Shown here: positions 33,244-44,260 of the stretch, piece by piece
How the letters are laid out: every line of letters starts with the position of its first letter
Numbering within the stretch: position 1 is the stretch's first letter
Notes under the pieces: generated by a model
Database searches by the model: none
What the model saw: only the letters and a program-made list of their open reading frames with translations
What the model was told of the DNA's origin: nothing
Program-made: the position numbers and the translations under genes
DNA from: a virus
Taxonomy: Duplodnaviria > Caudoviricetes
IMG/VR virus record: IMGVR_UViG_3300025400_000022
Span: 1 to 56,895 of that record
DNA length: 56,895 bases
Direction: 5' to 3' (one strand)

Positions 33244-35481
33244 TTAGTTGAATCCAATAATTGAAAGAGTGGCAACTACAATAGTTCCTTGCGTTACACC
33301 ACCGAAAGAAGCCTGACCGGAAATGGTGATGTTTCCGGTCCCCTGAGAGGTAAAGAGGTATTGATTTGAGTTTGTTATTAATCCGCCAGCAAATGTTGTT
33401 GATTGCATTGCTGGGGTGCTAGTCGTACCATTTGTAATAGCGGTAGACAAAACACGCGTTACGGTGTCGTTGTTTCTACCGCTAAGAGTAAAGGCAACCA
33501 GATAATTGTTGTAACCTGCAACGGTTTGAGAAATTACGGTTCCTATCGAACCGTTCACAATACTTCCGCTTGTAACGTTGGCCGGTTGGAAAACGCCCAA
33601 AACGTTTGTTGCGTTGGAAAGATTTACAGCCGAGGGCGTTCCGAGGTTTGGCGTTGTCAACGTAGGACTTGTGGAACGAACCAGCGAGCCGGTTCCATTT
33701 GTGCTCGAGGCTGAGAACGTAACGTTGCCGGGGGTCGTGTAATTAACCGTAATGTCTGAAGAGCCTGCAAGGGATTGAATCATTGAAGCCCAGGAGCCGG
33801 TTGTGCCGGTCGTTTCTACAACACCCATCCAGTATGCGTACGGTTGAAGAGTAATTGCAACACCGCCAGCGGCAGAGTCAATTGTTTGACTTGCGCCATT
33901 TGGATAAACCAAGATTGAATAATTATTTGCGTTGTCAATAATTACAAATTGACCCAACGTAGTAATTGCCGGAAGCGTTACGGCTTGCCCCGACGCGGTT
34001 GCGTTAACAACGTTGTATTGCGCTGAAAGAGTAGGCCCCTTGCCAGTTGAGGGGGAGACGGTTGCTTCGGTAAAAGCAATTGTGCTATTCCAAAGGCCGT
34101 TTGTAACAGTGCCCGTTGTGACAATTGAAGAGGAGCCTACTGCCGGTGCAGCGCCAAGGTTTGTTAGAGCGGCGCTTGCGGTTGAGGCGCCCGTTCCACC
34201 AGCGACCACCGGAGTTGTGCCGTATGAAAGGTTTTCAGCGTACCAGTTGGTGCTTCCATCGTAAACAAAGGAAATGCTAGTTCCAGGGTTAACGGTAATA
34301 GACGTTGCACCAGCAAAAGAACCGTAAAGGTGAAAAGATTGGCCCGAGTAAGCAGAGATTGTTACAACAAAGTTGGTGTTGTTGTAAAAATCAGTTTTTG
34401 AACCAGACGTTGCAACGTTTGGCCAAGTGTAGGATTGCGCCGTGCTTCCCGCATACATGTTGTACTGGTTTGCAATAATTGACTGAGAGCCAGTCGTCAA
34501 AATATTTGGGAATGCAATGTTTTGACCAGTTGTTGAGGTCAACAAAGTTGAAGAAGCCGGAATTGTTGTGCCGTTTACCGACGTTGTTGAGCCAAGGGTT
34601 GTAGGAATGTCCGATGCAGAAAGCGTTGTTCCTGCGGTTACGCGCCCCTTTGCGTCTGTTGTGACCTTTGTGTACGTGCCCTGTGTGCCGGTTGCAATCA
34701 AAGCGGGTGCCGTTGATGTTCCAGTGAGGTCGCCCGCTAATTGAATAACGCCCTGCGCGCCCGTAGTTGCGGCTGTAATGGTTTGCGGAGTGGAGGCACC
34801 TTGGTATCCTTGAGGGCCTTGAGAGCCGGTTGGGCCCTGCGAACCCGTTGAACCTTGAGGGCCCTGCACGGTTGCGCCTTGGACACCTTGAGTTCCTTGG
34901 GCTCCCTGTGAGCCGGTTGCGCCCTGTGAGCCGGTTGCGCCCTGCGAGCCGGTCGACCCTTGAGCGCCCTGTGCGCCAGTAGAACCTTGCGGGCCGGTTG
35001 CGCCCTGATAACCCTGCGGACCCTGAACTGCAACGGCAGACGAGTATTGAGGGCCGGCAGCGCCGGAGGTCATAATCAAACCTCTGGTTGATGTTCCGGG
35101 CACAACGGTAATCCAAGTAGAGCCGCTGTAGTAAGAAATAGAAGGGTTGGTGTAAGTGGTATTGACCCAAACCTGACCAGGGAAAGCCACGGTTGGGGCT
35201 GTTGTGCCTACGTAAACGGAGTCGGCGCCCAAATTGACCCACGAAGTTCCGTTGTAGTAATTAAGGCCGTAACTTGCAGATGTTGCCAGCGCGCACCACC
35301 AGAATTCACCGCCAGTGCTGTTTACTGAAGGCGTTGGCGTTGAGCCGTCCGAAGTCGTGGCCCAAAGCGGAACGTTGCTGTCAATAAAGTTGGCAACGCT
35401 CTGAATGTCAGAGGCAACGTTTGCCGTGTCGCTTGAAACCGGGTATGGAACCTGGGCCCGCGTTGTCTTTCCACTTGACAT
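33244..35481 (-). CDS. Tail fibre with collagen-like repeat
   Basis: G-X-Q tract, [27 protein letters not shown]...[17 protein letters not shown]. Confidence 0.85.
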   Translation of the reverse strand: MSSGKTTRAQVPYPVSSDTANVASDIQSVANFIDSNVPLWATTSDGSTPTPSVNSTGGEFWWCALATSASYGLNYYNGTSWVNLGADSVYVGTTAPTVAFPGQVWVNTTYTNPSISYYSGSTWITVVPGTSTRGLIMTSGAAGPQYSSAVAVQGPQGYQGATGPQGSTGAQGAQGSTGSQGATGSQGATGSQGAQGTQGVQGATVQGPQGSTGSQGPTGSQGPQGYQGASTPQTITAATTGAQGVIQLAGDLTGTSTAPALIATGTQGTYTKVTTDAKGRVTAGTTLSASDIPTTLGSTTSVNGTTIPASSTLLTSTTGQNIAFPNILTTGSQSIIANQYNMYAGSTAQSYTWPNVATSGSKTDFYNNTNFVVTISAYSGQSFHLYGSFAGATSITVNPGTSISFVYDGSTNWYAENLSYGTTPVVAGGTGASTASAALTNLGAAPAVGSSSIVTTGTVTNGLWNSTIAFTEATVSPSTGKGPTLSAQYNVVNATASGQAVTLPAITTLGQFVIIDNANNYSILVYPNGASQTIDSAAGGVAITLQPYAYWMGVVETTGTTGSWASMIQSLAGSSDITVNYTTPGNVTFSASSTNGTGSLVRSTSPTLTTPNLGTPSAVNLSNATNVLGVFQPANVTSGSIVNGSIGTVISQTVAGYNNYLVAFTLSGRNNDTVTRVLSTAITNGTTSTPAMQSTTFAGGLITNSNQYLFTSQGTGNITISGQASFGGVTQGTIVVATLSIIGFN

Positions 35482-36749
35482 TAGTATCCTCCTACGAAGA
35501 TTTGCATTCCGGCAGGCCGGTAACGATAGATAAAGTTGATGTACGGTGAGTTGTTACTTGCAACGGTGCTGCCCTGAAGGTCAAAGTAAAGACCACCAAT
35601 GCTTGTAAGATACGTTTGAAGTGACGAGTACGTTGAAGAAGCGCCACCGGCATCAGCCGTCAAAGTCTGATACGACTGTGACGAAAAATAAATAGATGGA
35701 AGCAAGATTGTCATTGCATTAAAACTGTTTGAATACGGCTCTTTGAGCGCACAAGCGCCTTGTTGGCTTGTAACTGTTGTTCCCGTTGCTGAATTTGTGA
35801 CCGTAAATTGCGTTGCAGTTGCCGACGCCACCGTAACGTTTGTAAGGTTAAACGCTGTTGTAGACAATCCCGAGATGGTTACAACTTGACCCGCAATAAG
35901 AGAGTTGGCACACGTGTAAGTTACTGTTGTGCCGTTTGCAGAAGCGCCCGTAATTGCGTACGAGGTTGATTGCGTGTTTTCCATGATGATTACTTGCGAC
36001 TCAGACAACTGAGAAACGCTTGAAACCAACTGGGAGTTAATTACCTGAATCAACTGTTGCGTAATTGCTTCGGCGGTTGCCCGATTAAAACCACCAAGGG
36101 AGTTAATCGTTTGGACAATCTGCTGACGGCTCATGGTTGTGTCAGATGGGATTGAAGCGCCTACAAATTGAGCAAGCCAAGGCAGGGCGTAGTTTGGGCA
36201 ACGTTGAATGTCAACCGCTTGAGACCAGCCGGGAGCGCCGGCCCAGTCCTGAAGGTAAACGCTTCCGTCTGCTCCTGTGCTTGCGGGCCAGGATAGGCCG
36301 GCGCCGCCCGTAGGATAGTTGCGCGTAACACCCGTAAAGGTGATTGTTGGCGCGTTCCAATCACTGTATCCGGCGGGGACCGAAATTGTTTCAACGGCGC
36401 CAGTAAGCGAATTGACCAACTCTAAAAGAATTGGTTGATTTGTTGGGAACACATACCAAGTGCTGTCTGTTCCAAAAATTGTAATTGTTGTGTCGCCGGG
36501 TGCAAGAGGGTTTGCAATTTGAACGTCTGTGATTTCGTACGTTGCATAAGCACCAAAGTTTGCTTCAACGTGAATGCCTTGACCGACATTGTTTCTAGTC
36601 AGAATGTCAAGTTGGTCAAGTTGCGACGCGGCGCCGTAAATAAAGTACCAAAGAGCGTAACCATTTTGCGCGTCTTGGTCTTGGATAAATTGCGGCACCG
36701 TGTTATAAATCGACTGGGTGTTGTAACTATTCGGTAAGGTTACCGTCAT
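35481..36749 (-). CDS. Baseplate wedge protein (P2 gpI-like)
   Basis: [12 protein letters not shown]; C-terminal RPAG; follows the baseplate J-like gene. Confidence 0.72.
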   Translation of the reverse strand: MTVTLPNSYNTQSIYNTVPQFIQDQDAQNGYALWYFIYGAASQLDQLDILTRNNVGQGIHVEANFGAYATYEITDVQIANPLAPGDTTITIFGTDSTWYVFPTNQPILLELVNSLTGAVETISVPAGYSDWNAPTITFTGVTRNYPTGGAGLSWPASTGADGSVYLQDWAGAPGWSQAVDIQRCPNYALPWLAQFVGASIPSDTTMSRQQIVQTINSLGGFNRATAEAITQQLIQVINSQLVSSVSQLSESQVIIMENTQSTSYAITGASANGTTVTYTCANSLIAGQVVTISGLSTTAFNLTNVTVASATATQFTVTNSATGTTVTSQQGACALKEPYSNSFNAMTILLPSIYFSSQSYQTLTADAGGASSTYSSLQTYLTSIGGLYFDLQGSTVASNNSPYINFIYRYRPAGMQIFVGGY

Positions 36750-36751
36750 AA

Positions 36752-39421
36752 TTAAAGTCCAGTAAACGTGTTGCTTGTATTGGCATAAACCGTTCCGGCA
36801 ATTGCGTTAGCAATTGGAAGAGGAGCGATTCCGGAAAGCGGGACCGTTGTGGTCAAGTAGGCTCCGCCGGTTGGGTATGAAGTTCTGGCGCTTACGGTAA
36901 CAACGTTTGATACGCCTTCAACAGAACCAATGATTGTGGCAAGGTCCATAATGTTTACCGACGTTGCGGCTCCATTCCAATATGGCGGCGTGTTTGTTCC
37001 ACCAGCCCAGTTAGCGGGGCTTAGGAACAAACGAATAGCGGCGGTAACCGAAGACTGCACTGACGTTGTTGTGTAAGCCGGCGAAACGTAAATAGTGTAC
37101 TGAACGTCAATTGGAATGTAATTGGGGTTAATCGTGTTAACCGTAAAGTTTGTCTCGCGACGGGTTGCAAGGTAGGCAGAGAGGCTTTGGGCGATTGAAG
37201 GAACAACCGGCAAACCATTTGCATCAACGGGCACAACAGAAACGGTGCGAGGGTAGTTAAACGTGTTGGGGTTGTAGAGTCCACCTGGCGTCCATGTGTA
37301 GTTGTACTGGTTGAGCGCCGGAAGCGTTGTCAATGTGTACGAGCCAGAGACAACTGCAACGTTTGAAACAATAACGCTCGAACCCAATGGCACGTTGAGG
37401 CCGGCTCCAAAGATAATGTTAACCTGAACGTCAGCCGCAGATGAAAGCGTAAACGTAATTGGAAGCGTCACCGTGGCCGCAGCCGCAGGGCTAACAGTAG
37501 CAAGAACGGCAGATGTGGCAACGTTGACAACTTGAATCGTAATGTTGCTGTACGTTGTGCCGGTCACGTAATTGGCGTTAACGGTCGCAAACAACGTGTA
37601 CGTGCGCGTGGTTGCCGTGGTGTCAGAAACGACGTGCGACAAATTAAAGATTTGCGAACTTACCGTAAGGGCGGAGCCGAGTGCGGAGCCGGTTCCCTGG
37701 TACTGAACTCCCGTTCCCGGCAATATGACAGTACCATTTGGGTTGCTCCAGGACGAGCCGTACCCACCGCTGAATTCGTAGTCAAGGAAGGTGGCGTCAG
37801 GAATAAAGTTGTAGTCACTGTTTGTTAGCGTTTGACTTTGAGCGGAAGAAAGGTCAACCTGAACCTCATTAAGCGACACGTAAGTAACTTCGTGCGTCTT
37901 GCTTGTTTCCGTTGTGGAAAAAGCAATGTACATTTGAATGTTTGTTACGTATGGACGTGGAGCGTTAGGGTTGGTTGCCGAATAAATTGTTGGCACACCG
38001 GGGTCAAAAGCAAGCACGTTTGCAGAGTTTGCGTTTGTTGAGGGAATGTTGCAGCAAACAACTTTTGAGTTTGACGTGTAGGTGTAAAGGGAATCGTCAA
38101 ACTGTGGCAATGAAGAAAACGCGCGCGTCGAACCGTCAATGTAAGTGGCAAGAGCCACAATGTACGGGCGCTCTGTTGCCGTTGTTGCCGGCGCGGAACC
38201 AGCAGCCTTGATGACGGCGGCGGCTTGGTACCAATAAGAGTTTGCGTACAGACCCGTAGCGGCAGGTGCCGACGCACCTTGAAGCAAGGTTGCGGTTGCG
38301 CTTGTTGAGTGAGCGTACTGCATTGGGGCGGCCAGCGTCAATGTTTGCGCACCACCGGAAGCGGCTGAAACGGTTGTTGCAATTACAATTTCATTGCCGT
38401 TTGTGCTGTCGGAAATCAAGAAAAGGTCTGGCGCTGAAGAACTTGCAGTTGTGTGCAAAGCGGTTGTCGTCAACTTTATTGAAGACGCACCTGCCGTTGT
38501 TGCGGTGTTTACTGCAAGCCCGCTTGGAAGCGCGGTTGACGTACTTGTAAATTGCAAGTAGTTTGACGGCGAAGTTCCGGGGGTCGATATAGATGGAACA
38601 GTTGTTGTTCCGTCACCAACAACACCCCAGCCAGAGGGGGCGGAACCAGAAGTCGATGCTGTTGTAAAGTTTGCGTTAGCGGCAGAGAAAAGATTGGTCA
38701 AAGAGTTGAAGCCATCAAATGCCTGCGCACGGTAAATGCCGGATACGTTTTGAGCAAACAACGCGTAGTCGCTGGGCGTAATTGGGCGGGGCGCAAGAAG
38801 TTGCAATTCTGCCGTCAAACGGCTCAAGAATGAATCTGTTGTCTCTGGGTCAGTGCCCGCTACAAGGTTTGAGTTTGTTGCAGGGGTTGCCGTAACCACA
38901 ACGCTAGAGATGTTGGGGTTTTGAGTTTGCAGTTGCAAGAATGCGCCAACGGAGTTAAAACTTGAAAAGTTCTGAATGTTGTAAGCGGTGCCTGGGGTTA
39001 CTGCTTCAACAAGAACGTTGGTAAGCGCGTTTGTCCCCGCTGCAATTGTAATGCTATTTACAAGTTGAAACTGGTAAGAAGCGCCGGAAAAGAAGAGGCC
39101 GACAACGGTTCCGGCGGCAATTTGGTATCCACCGGTAGGGGCGTTGCTAACCAATGTCCATGTTGTGTAAAGTTGGTTTTGAAGGCCCGCATTTGGTGTA
39201 ATTCCGATAAGTGAACCGAAATATTGAAAGATAGATTTGGGGACGTCAGAAGCCACGTTAGCGGCCTCTGCGGCCATTGAGGCAAACTGTTCCAGAAGAA
39301 GAACTTCAAGGTTGCCTTCACGCGGCACCCAGCCGGGAACGTTGGCAGCAATTGAGGCAAGAGATTGCTGAACAAGTACGTCAGCCTCTGTTACGATGGG
39401 AATGTCAATGTAACCGCTCAT
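36752..39421 (-). CDS. Baseplate J-like protein with large central insertion
   Basis: W.PREGNLEV.LLE, IAAGT, VEA..PG..YN, GTDPET...FL.RL, PI...DY..FA..V.GI.RA. Confidence 0.85.
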   Translation of the reverse strand: MSGYIDIPIVTEADVLVQQSLASIAANVPGWVPREGNLEVLLLEQFASMAAEAANVASDVPKSIFQYFGSLIGITPNAGLQNQLYTTWTLVSNAPTGGYQIAAGTVVGLFFSGASYQFQLVNSITIAAGTNALTNVLVEAVTPGTAYNIQNFSSFNSVGAFLQLQTQNPNISSVVVTATPATNSNLVAGTDPETTDSFLSRLTAELQLLAPRPITPSDYALFAQNVSGIYRAQAFDGFNSLTNLFSAANANFTTASTSGSAPSGWGVVGDGTTTVPSISTPGTSPSNYLQFTSTSTALPSGLAVNTATTAGASSIKLTTTALHTTASSSAPDLFLISDSTNGNEIVIATTVSAASGGAQTLTLAAPMQYAHSTSATATLLQGASAPAATGLYANSYWYQAAAVIKAAGSAPATTATERPYIVALATYIDGSTRAFSSLPQFDDSLYTYTSNSKVVCCNIPSTNANSANVLAFDPGVPTIYSATNPNAPRPYVTNIQMYIAFSTTETSKTHEVTYVSLNEVQVDLSSAQSQTLTNSDYNFIPDATFLDYEFSGGYGSSWSNPNGTVILPGTGVQYQGTGSALGSALTVSSQIFNLSHVVSDTTATTRTYTLFATVNANYVTGTTYSNITIQVVNVATSAVLATVSPAAAATVTLPITFTLSSAADVQVNIIFGAGLNVPLGSSVIVSNVAVVSGSYTLTTLPALNQYNYTWTPGGLYNPNTFNYPRTVSVVPVDANGLPVVPSIAQSLSAYLATRRETNFTVNTINPNYIPIDVQYTIYVSPAYTTTSVQSSVTAAIRLFLSPANWAGGTNTPPYWNGAATSVNIMDLATIIGSVEGVSNVVTVSARTSYPTGGAYLTTTVPLSGIAPLPIANAIAGTVYANTSNTFTGL

Positions 39422-40092
39422 TATTTATTTCCTAAACTGCTGGTGATGGCAACGCCCACAGAGGCAACGTTTTGGTCGTTATATTTTACAGAAACCCTTG
39501 CGTTGGCTCGAGGTTCCCATTGATTGATTGCGTCTTGGATTTCAATAGCATTTACGTCGGCAAATGTAGGGTCTTGAATGCCAAAGTCCGGGAGCATTGT
39601 TCGTTCGCCAACCAAAGCACCCACAACCATTGCAACAGAGGCAGAGATTTCTTCGTAAGAATCTTGCGGGTTCATGGCGATTTGACCAAAGGGGTCAAGT
39701 GTAATGCCATTCTGAAAATGCGGCGGCCCAAAAACCGGATTAACGGGAGGGGGGAAAGAAGAGACGTTTAATGCGTCGCTTTCTGCACCGGTTGAGTCAA
39801 CATGGATAATACTAAATGCCACCGAAAGCGGGGGGCTTGTAAGAGACGGGAACTGATAAAAGTAAGAAGTCATTGGGGCCGCAAGCGAATACGACGCTTG
39901 ACCAGTTTGTCTTACGACGTTTGCCCCAAGAGTTGTAACAAGCGACCACGTTGGAACCATTTGGTTGACGTTTTGCAATACATAAACTTCGTACAAAGAA
40001 CCGGTCGTAGCATCATCTGCCGCGGTCCAATTAAGTTGAACGCCTTTGCCTTCAACCCACGTTTCTGTAAGTTCTGTAATTGCGTCAGCCAT
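39421..40092 (-). CDS. Baseplate gp25/gpW-like protein with N-terminal beta domain
   Basis: QDS.EEI, GER.M.PDFGI.DP.F, I..WEPRA. Confidence 0.82.
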   Translation of the reverse strand: MADAITELTETWVEGKGVQLNWTAADDATTGSLYEVYVLQNVNQMVPTWSLVTTLGANVVRQTGQASYSLAAPMTSYFYQFPSLTSPPLSVAFSIIHVDSTGAESDALNVSSFPPPVNPVFGPPHFQNGITLDPFGQIAMNPQDSYEEISASVAMVVGALVGERTMLPDFGIQDPTFADVNAIEIQDAINQWEPRANARVSVKYNDQNVASVGVAITSSLGNK

Positions 40093-40093
40093 T

Positions 40094-41335
40094 TTAGATT
40101 CCTAGTCTGCCCCCCTGGCGTGGCCCCTCCTTAATAGCAATAAGGTTGGCGCAGACGTAAGGGATATTGTGTGTTTTGTGCCACTCTGAAGGGAAGTGTG
40201 TAAAGAGTTGGCTTACTTGAAAGTTTACTTTAATTTCTGGGACGTAACGACGGTAATTGTCGTCAACCCAATACCAGAAACTATTTTCATTGTAAAACGC
40301 AACATGCGTTGGGTCTTGGTAGGCGCCCCGTCCGTCGGTGCTGGGTGTAAGGCTTACAACCATGCCACCATGAGCAAGAACGCGGTAAAACTCATTCCAC
40401 AAACGAATCTTGTCGGCAATGTGTTCGCAAAAGTCAACAGCACGAATAACGCCTACTGAGTTGTCTTCGAGTTCGCCCAAAACGTTGAAAATGTCACCGA
40501 CGTAATAAGCGGGTTCGTGCAAGTCTACGGTTTTGTATCCCGGCGCGGGGTTGTGCGCACCGCCCAAGTCCAAAGCGAGAAGCCCGTTGTCTTCAGACCA
40601 CTTTAAAAGAAGGGACTGAATGTTTTGAGAGTGCAGACGAACGGTTTCCTCTTGAATGAAAACGTTGGTCTCTGGGTCTACTTGAGTGTTTTCCCCGTGA
40701 AGACGCTGGTAATACAAGCATTTTTCAATGTGATGAAACTTGCCTTGAAGGTAGAGCCGAGCCATAAGGTCTTGGTCATCAAGAACCTTGCGTGAATAAT
40801 CGTATCCGCCTGCGGCGTCGTAAGCGGACTTTCGGAAAGCGCGCACGTGATTTGGAGCATACCAAATAAACGAAACGTTGTGGGGCGTGGGCTTCATGCC
40901 GGCACAAACGACGTGCTCTCCATCGGTGTAATAGTTCCAACCGTATGTTTGGTCAAACATGTGAGCGTGCGGTTTGCCGTCAACGTCAAGATGAGCAAAG
41001 TCTGAATAAACAAAAACGGTTTCGGGGTCTCCGTTAAAAACCTTTTTAATTTCTTCTAGTGCCGTTGGTGCAAGCGTGTCATCGTGGTCTAATTCGACCA
41101 AAATGGTGCCGGAGCAAAGGTCGACGGCGTGGCGCTTAAGCGCGCCTACAGAGCCGTTCATGTGGGGCTCGGCGTATGCTACCCGAACGCGGTCATCGTA
41201 ATTTGGGCGCTCCCAATGGGCATCACCGTTGAGAAGAACCACCCATTCCCAATCTTGAATGGTTTGAGCCCTAATGCTTTCATAGGCTTCATCAAGATAT
41301 TTAGGATTGTGGCTCGGCGTAAATATTGAAATCAT
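40094..41335 (-). CDS. Family 2 glycosyltransferase fused to a SAM-methyltransferase-like domain
   Basis: ISIFTPSHN..YL..A.ES..AQT..DWEW, ELDHDD, GGYD..DD.DL; then LDLGG, D..EH, EFYRVL..GG, DPTH. Confidence 0.9.
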   Translation of the reverse strand: MISIFTPSHNPKYLDEAYESIRAQTIQDWEWVVLLNGDAHWERPNYDDRVRVAYAEPHMNGSVGALKRHAVDLCSGTILVELDHDDTLAPTALEEIKKVFNGDPETVFVYSDFAHLDVDGKPHAHMFDQTYGWNYYTDGEHVVCAGMKPTPHNVSFIWYAPNHVRAFRKSAYDAAGGYDYSRKVLDDQDLMARLYLQGKFHHIEKCLYYQRLHGENTQVDPETNVFIQEETVRLHSQNIQSLLLKWSEDNGLLALDLGGAHNPAPGYKTVDLHEPAYYVGDIFNVLGELEDNSVGVIRAVDFCEHIADKIRLWNEFYRVLAHGGMVVSLTPSTDGRGAYQDPTHVAFYNENSFWYWVDDNYRRYVPEIKVNFQVSQLFTHFPSEWHKTHNIPYVCANLIAIKEGPRQGGRLGI

Positions 41336-41378
41336 GTCGTTCCCCTCAGAGCGGCAGTAAATGCCCCATTATAGAGAC

Positions 41379-41407
41379 ATAATACACCATACAAGAAGAA
41401 AAATCAA
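41379..41407 (-). promoter_or_regulatory. Promoter for the glycosyltransferase gene
   Basis: TTGATT-17 bp-TATTAT; a further TATAAT at 41373-41368. Confidence 0.6.
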
Positions 41408-41416
41408 GGATTTACT

Positions 41417-42121
41417 TTATCCAATTGGAAAAACAATCCCAGAAAGCCACGTTGCCGATGCGCTGGGAACAACGGTACCGTCAGTATTTACCGTCACGTA
41501 CGTGTAGCCAGACGTGCCAAAGTTTTGCGTCATAATTACCGTTGCGGCAGAAGGCCGGTATCCCGAAGGAAGAGTAAATGCCGTAGCGTTTGCGGAGCCG
41601 CCGGTTACGTTGCCCCGAAGGTATACAACATTGTTTAGTAGCCGATAAGCAGGAGCCGTTCCAGCAGAGCCAAAGCCATTAGAAAAAGAAGAAACGTTTG
41701 CCCAGCCACTATCGCCAACGGTTGATGGCGTCGCTCCCTGAGGGCCTTGGTAGCCCTGCAAGCCCTGAGAACCTTGCGCGCCTTGCGGGCCTTGTGGCCC
41801 TTGTGCGCCGCTACCATTTCCAAAGCCAAGAAATCCGTGAATGACCGGAACGTTTTGAGGTGTAAATGTAACGGTGCAAGACGTGCCGACCGGCGGAGCA
41901 ACAGAACCCGGATACGGGACCGGACCCCATACTTGCGTGCCACTGTATGAGGGAATTGTAAAAGTCAAATTTCCAGCAGTGATTGAACCGTCTGTTACGG
42001 ACGCGTCTGTCTGCACAACGGTGCCATAATACGTTCCTTCTGTCTGCCGCCCAGATGCAAAGATATTTCCTTGCCACTTCAACTGGTTTTGCATAAGAGT
42101 AAACGTGTCTTGACTTCTCAT
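41417..42121 (-). CDS. Baseplate spike (gpV/gp5 OB-fold-like) with short collagen and C-terminal tip domain
   Basis: YYGTVV..IP......WGP.PY....PPVG..C.V.F; G-X-Q; YR..NVVYLRG..FTLP.GYRP. Confidence 0.7.
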   Translation of the reverse strand: MRSQDTFTLMQNQLKWQGNIFASGRQTEGTYYGTVVQTDASVTDGSITAGNLTFTIPSYSGTQVWGPVPYPGSVAPPVGTSCTVTFTPQNVPVIHGFLGFGNGSGAQGPQGPQGAQGSQGLQGYQGPQGATPSTVGDSGWANVSSFSNGFGSAGTAPAYRLLNNVVYLRGNVTGGSANATAFTLPSGYRPSAATVIMTQNFGTSGYTYVTVNTDGTVVPSASATWLSGIVFPIG

Positions 42122-42123
42122 TG

Positions 42124-43521
42124 TTAACCTGTCGTTGTTGTAGTTGTGGGGGAGCCGTTTGCAGATGCAATAGCGGCCCATGCGGCGGCGCTGTACTCTG
42201 AACCAATTGGGAACGGAGCAAGAGGCTGGGAACTGGGGTCGTAAACTTGACCGTATGGCATTGGAACCTGAAGGACGATTGAAGCCTGTGGGTTAAATGC
42301 GTCACGTTGCATAGACGAAACCATCCACTGCCCGTCAGCAATTCCACAGCCAGAAACCATAACAATTTCGCCAATGTCAAATTGCCAGTTGTCAAGCATG
42401 CAAGTTACCGTGGCTTGACCGAGGGGCTTGCCCACGTCCCAGTCAAAGTCAATCAACTGAATTGTGTCATTGAACTCTGAGATAACCTGCATATTCTTGC
42501 CGGTTGTGCCTTTAATTTTGTTGATTGGCGGCTCGCCGTTTTGCCCTGGCAGAATACCAAGCCAGTATTCGTCTGGGCCAAAATAAACGGTATTAGCGTT
42601 TTCCCAGATGCGCCAACCAATACTCGAAGCGATGCGGCTCATTGCTGTCCATGAGTCTTCATACGGGTCTGTTGTAGTGCCTCGACCCAATGCAACCGTA
42701 ATTACCGGAACATTGTTATTGCCCGTAAGAGCGTTCCAAATTGTGGCGTAGTCTGGCGCAACAAGGTTAATGTCTGAATAAAAACTGTTTTTTGGAGCGG
42801 GGTTAAGGGCCGTTACAAGACCTGCCATAAACGGGGTTACGCCCGCGCTTGTGGTGCTAGTTATGTTGCCGTTACCGCGTTGTTGCTGAAGACGAAAAAC
42901 CGCTTCTGATTCAAACACCAGTTGCACCTGGTCGCCGGATTTGACAAATTGCACAAGCGTGTAAACCAATTTGTTTGATTGCTGAATAACTTTTTTGTCC
43001 GCGGTTGTAAGCACATAATTGGAAGCGGCAGCAAGCGCGCTTGAGTCAACAAAGGGTTGCGTTCTGCCATTGCCTGTTCCGGCAACAATTAAAGTAAGCC
43101 CTTGCTTGATTCCTTGACCACCGCCACCAGCGGCGGAGTCAGTAACTTCAGCAAAAGAAAGAAAACCGCCTGTGGTCTTGTTGCTTCCGGCTCCGGTACT
43201 ACGCAAAATCTGACGCGTGGGGTCTGTCAACTGAATGGTAATAGTTGACGTTCCCAGCATGTTTTGTTGAAGAATAATGTCGGTAATTGCGTCTTCGTAA
43301 TAGTAACCAAGTTTTTGATAAACGGTTCCCGTTTTGGGGTCAAGAGTTACAAAGTTTGCAAGGTCGTCTGGTCCAAACCCAATGCCCGTCGGCAGCGTTT
43401 GAAGTTTAAGTTTCCCGCTGTTGTCGGGGACCATTGAAGGATTTGCAACAACAGTATCGGTAACGCCAGACGTGGCGCTTTTTGTAGTTTTTCTTGTTGC
43501 GGCTTTTTTCTTGTGAGCCAT
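42124..43521 (-). CDS. Baseplate hub (gp27/gpD-like)
   Basis: S.ITI.L.DP, EDSW....RIA..IGW..W, G.A.G.WMV; lies between the LysM and spike genes. Confidence 0.7.
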   Translation of the reverse strand: MAHKKKAATRKTTKSATSGVTDTVVANPSMVPDNSGKLKLQTLPTGIGFGPDDLANFVTLDPKTGTVYQKLGYYYEDAITDIILQQNMLGTSTITIQLTDPTRQILRSTGAGSNKTTGGFLSFAEVTDSAAGGGGQGIKQGLTLIVAGTGNGRTQPFVDSSALAAASNYVLTTADKKVIQQSNKLVYTLVQFVKSGDQVQLVFESEAVFRLQQQRGNGNITSTTSAGVTPFMAGLVTALNPAPKNSFYSDINLVAPDYATIWNALTGNNNVPVITVALGRGTTTDPYEDSWTAMSRIASSIGWRIWENANTVYFGPDEYWLGILPGQNGEPPINKIKGTTGKNMQVISEFNDTIQLIDFDWDVGKPLGQATVTCMLDNWQFDIGEIVMVSGCGIADGQWMVSSMQRDAFNPQASIVLQVPMPYGQVYDPSSQPLAPFPIGSEYSAAAWAAIASANGSPTTTTTTG

Positions 43522-43523
43522 GA

Positions 43524-44246
43524 TTATACGGGGATTTTAATAGTAGTGTGCGCTTTGATTTTGGTTGTGTCTTTAGGGTCTCTAAGGTTGTTTAACCGAC
43601 CTACTTCTGCAATCCACGTGTTAAGAGTTGTGTACTTTTTACAGTGTTTGTAGCCATTGGGCCCTGTTGCAATTTGTTGCAAAGTTTCATTAGCCTTTAC
43701 AAGATATGGCCGGCTTGTAGGGGTTGACGTTTTTTTACTCGATTGGGCGGCGTGGCTTTGAACACTGGGAATAGGGCTTTGGTATTCGTAGCAAACAATG
43801 GAAACGGTTTGCTGAAGTGGCTCGCCTGTTTGCCCGTCACGGATTGCTTCACGCAACTCAAAAGAATAAAGATACCAAAGAGTAGAAGAACCAGCAGCCG
43901 TTGGACCAGAGATTTTAAAAACCGGAGGTTGATATGTGTTTGGGATTGGCTCAACCCAGGAAATCAATTGTTCATACATTTCCGTAACGCTTCTGCCGCT
44001 AGGGAGCATGTCGTTTTGGAACATAATAGTCATCTGGGTTTGATACAAAGCACGGTCATACCACTGGGTTGCCGAGGTGTTTTTAGGGCGTTCTACAATT
44101 TGCCAACCACCAGCGCCTTGAACTTGACTAAATGTTGAGTCGCCAAGAAGGTTCCCGACAACGGGAAAATAGGCGTCATTGTTTACGCCTTGTGGTGTAA
44201 ACGTTACTTGTGTTTTTGTATTAACGTTGCCGTCTGCGTATCCCAT
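43524..44246 (-). CDS. Tail tube initiator with C-terminal LysM-like domain
   Basis: GGW..VERP; Y.VK.NETL..IA......LN.LRDP..IK....IKIP; follows the tape measure gene. Confidence 0.75.
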   Translation of the reverse strand: MGYADGNVNTKTQVTFTPQGVNNDAYFPVVGNLLGDSTFSQVQGAGGWQIVERPKNTSATQWYDRALYQTQMTIMFQNDMLPSGRSVTEMYEQLISWVEPIPNTYQPPVFKISGPTAAGSSTLWYLYSFELREAIRDGQTGEPLQQTVSIVCYEYQSPIPSVQSHAAQSSKKTSTPTSRPYLVKANETLQQIATGPNGYKHCKKYTTLNTWIAEVGRLNNLRDPKDTTKIKAHTTIKIPV

Positions 44247-44260
44247 GTTTTCCTAGTCTA

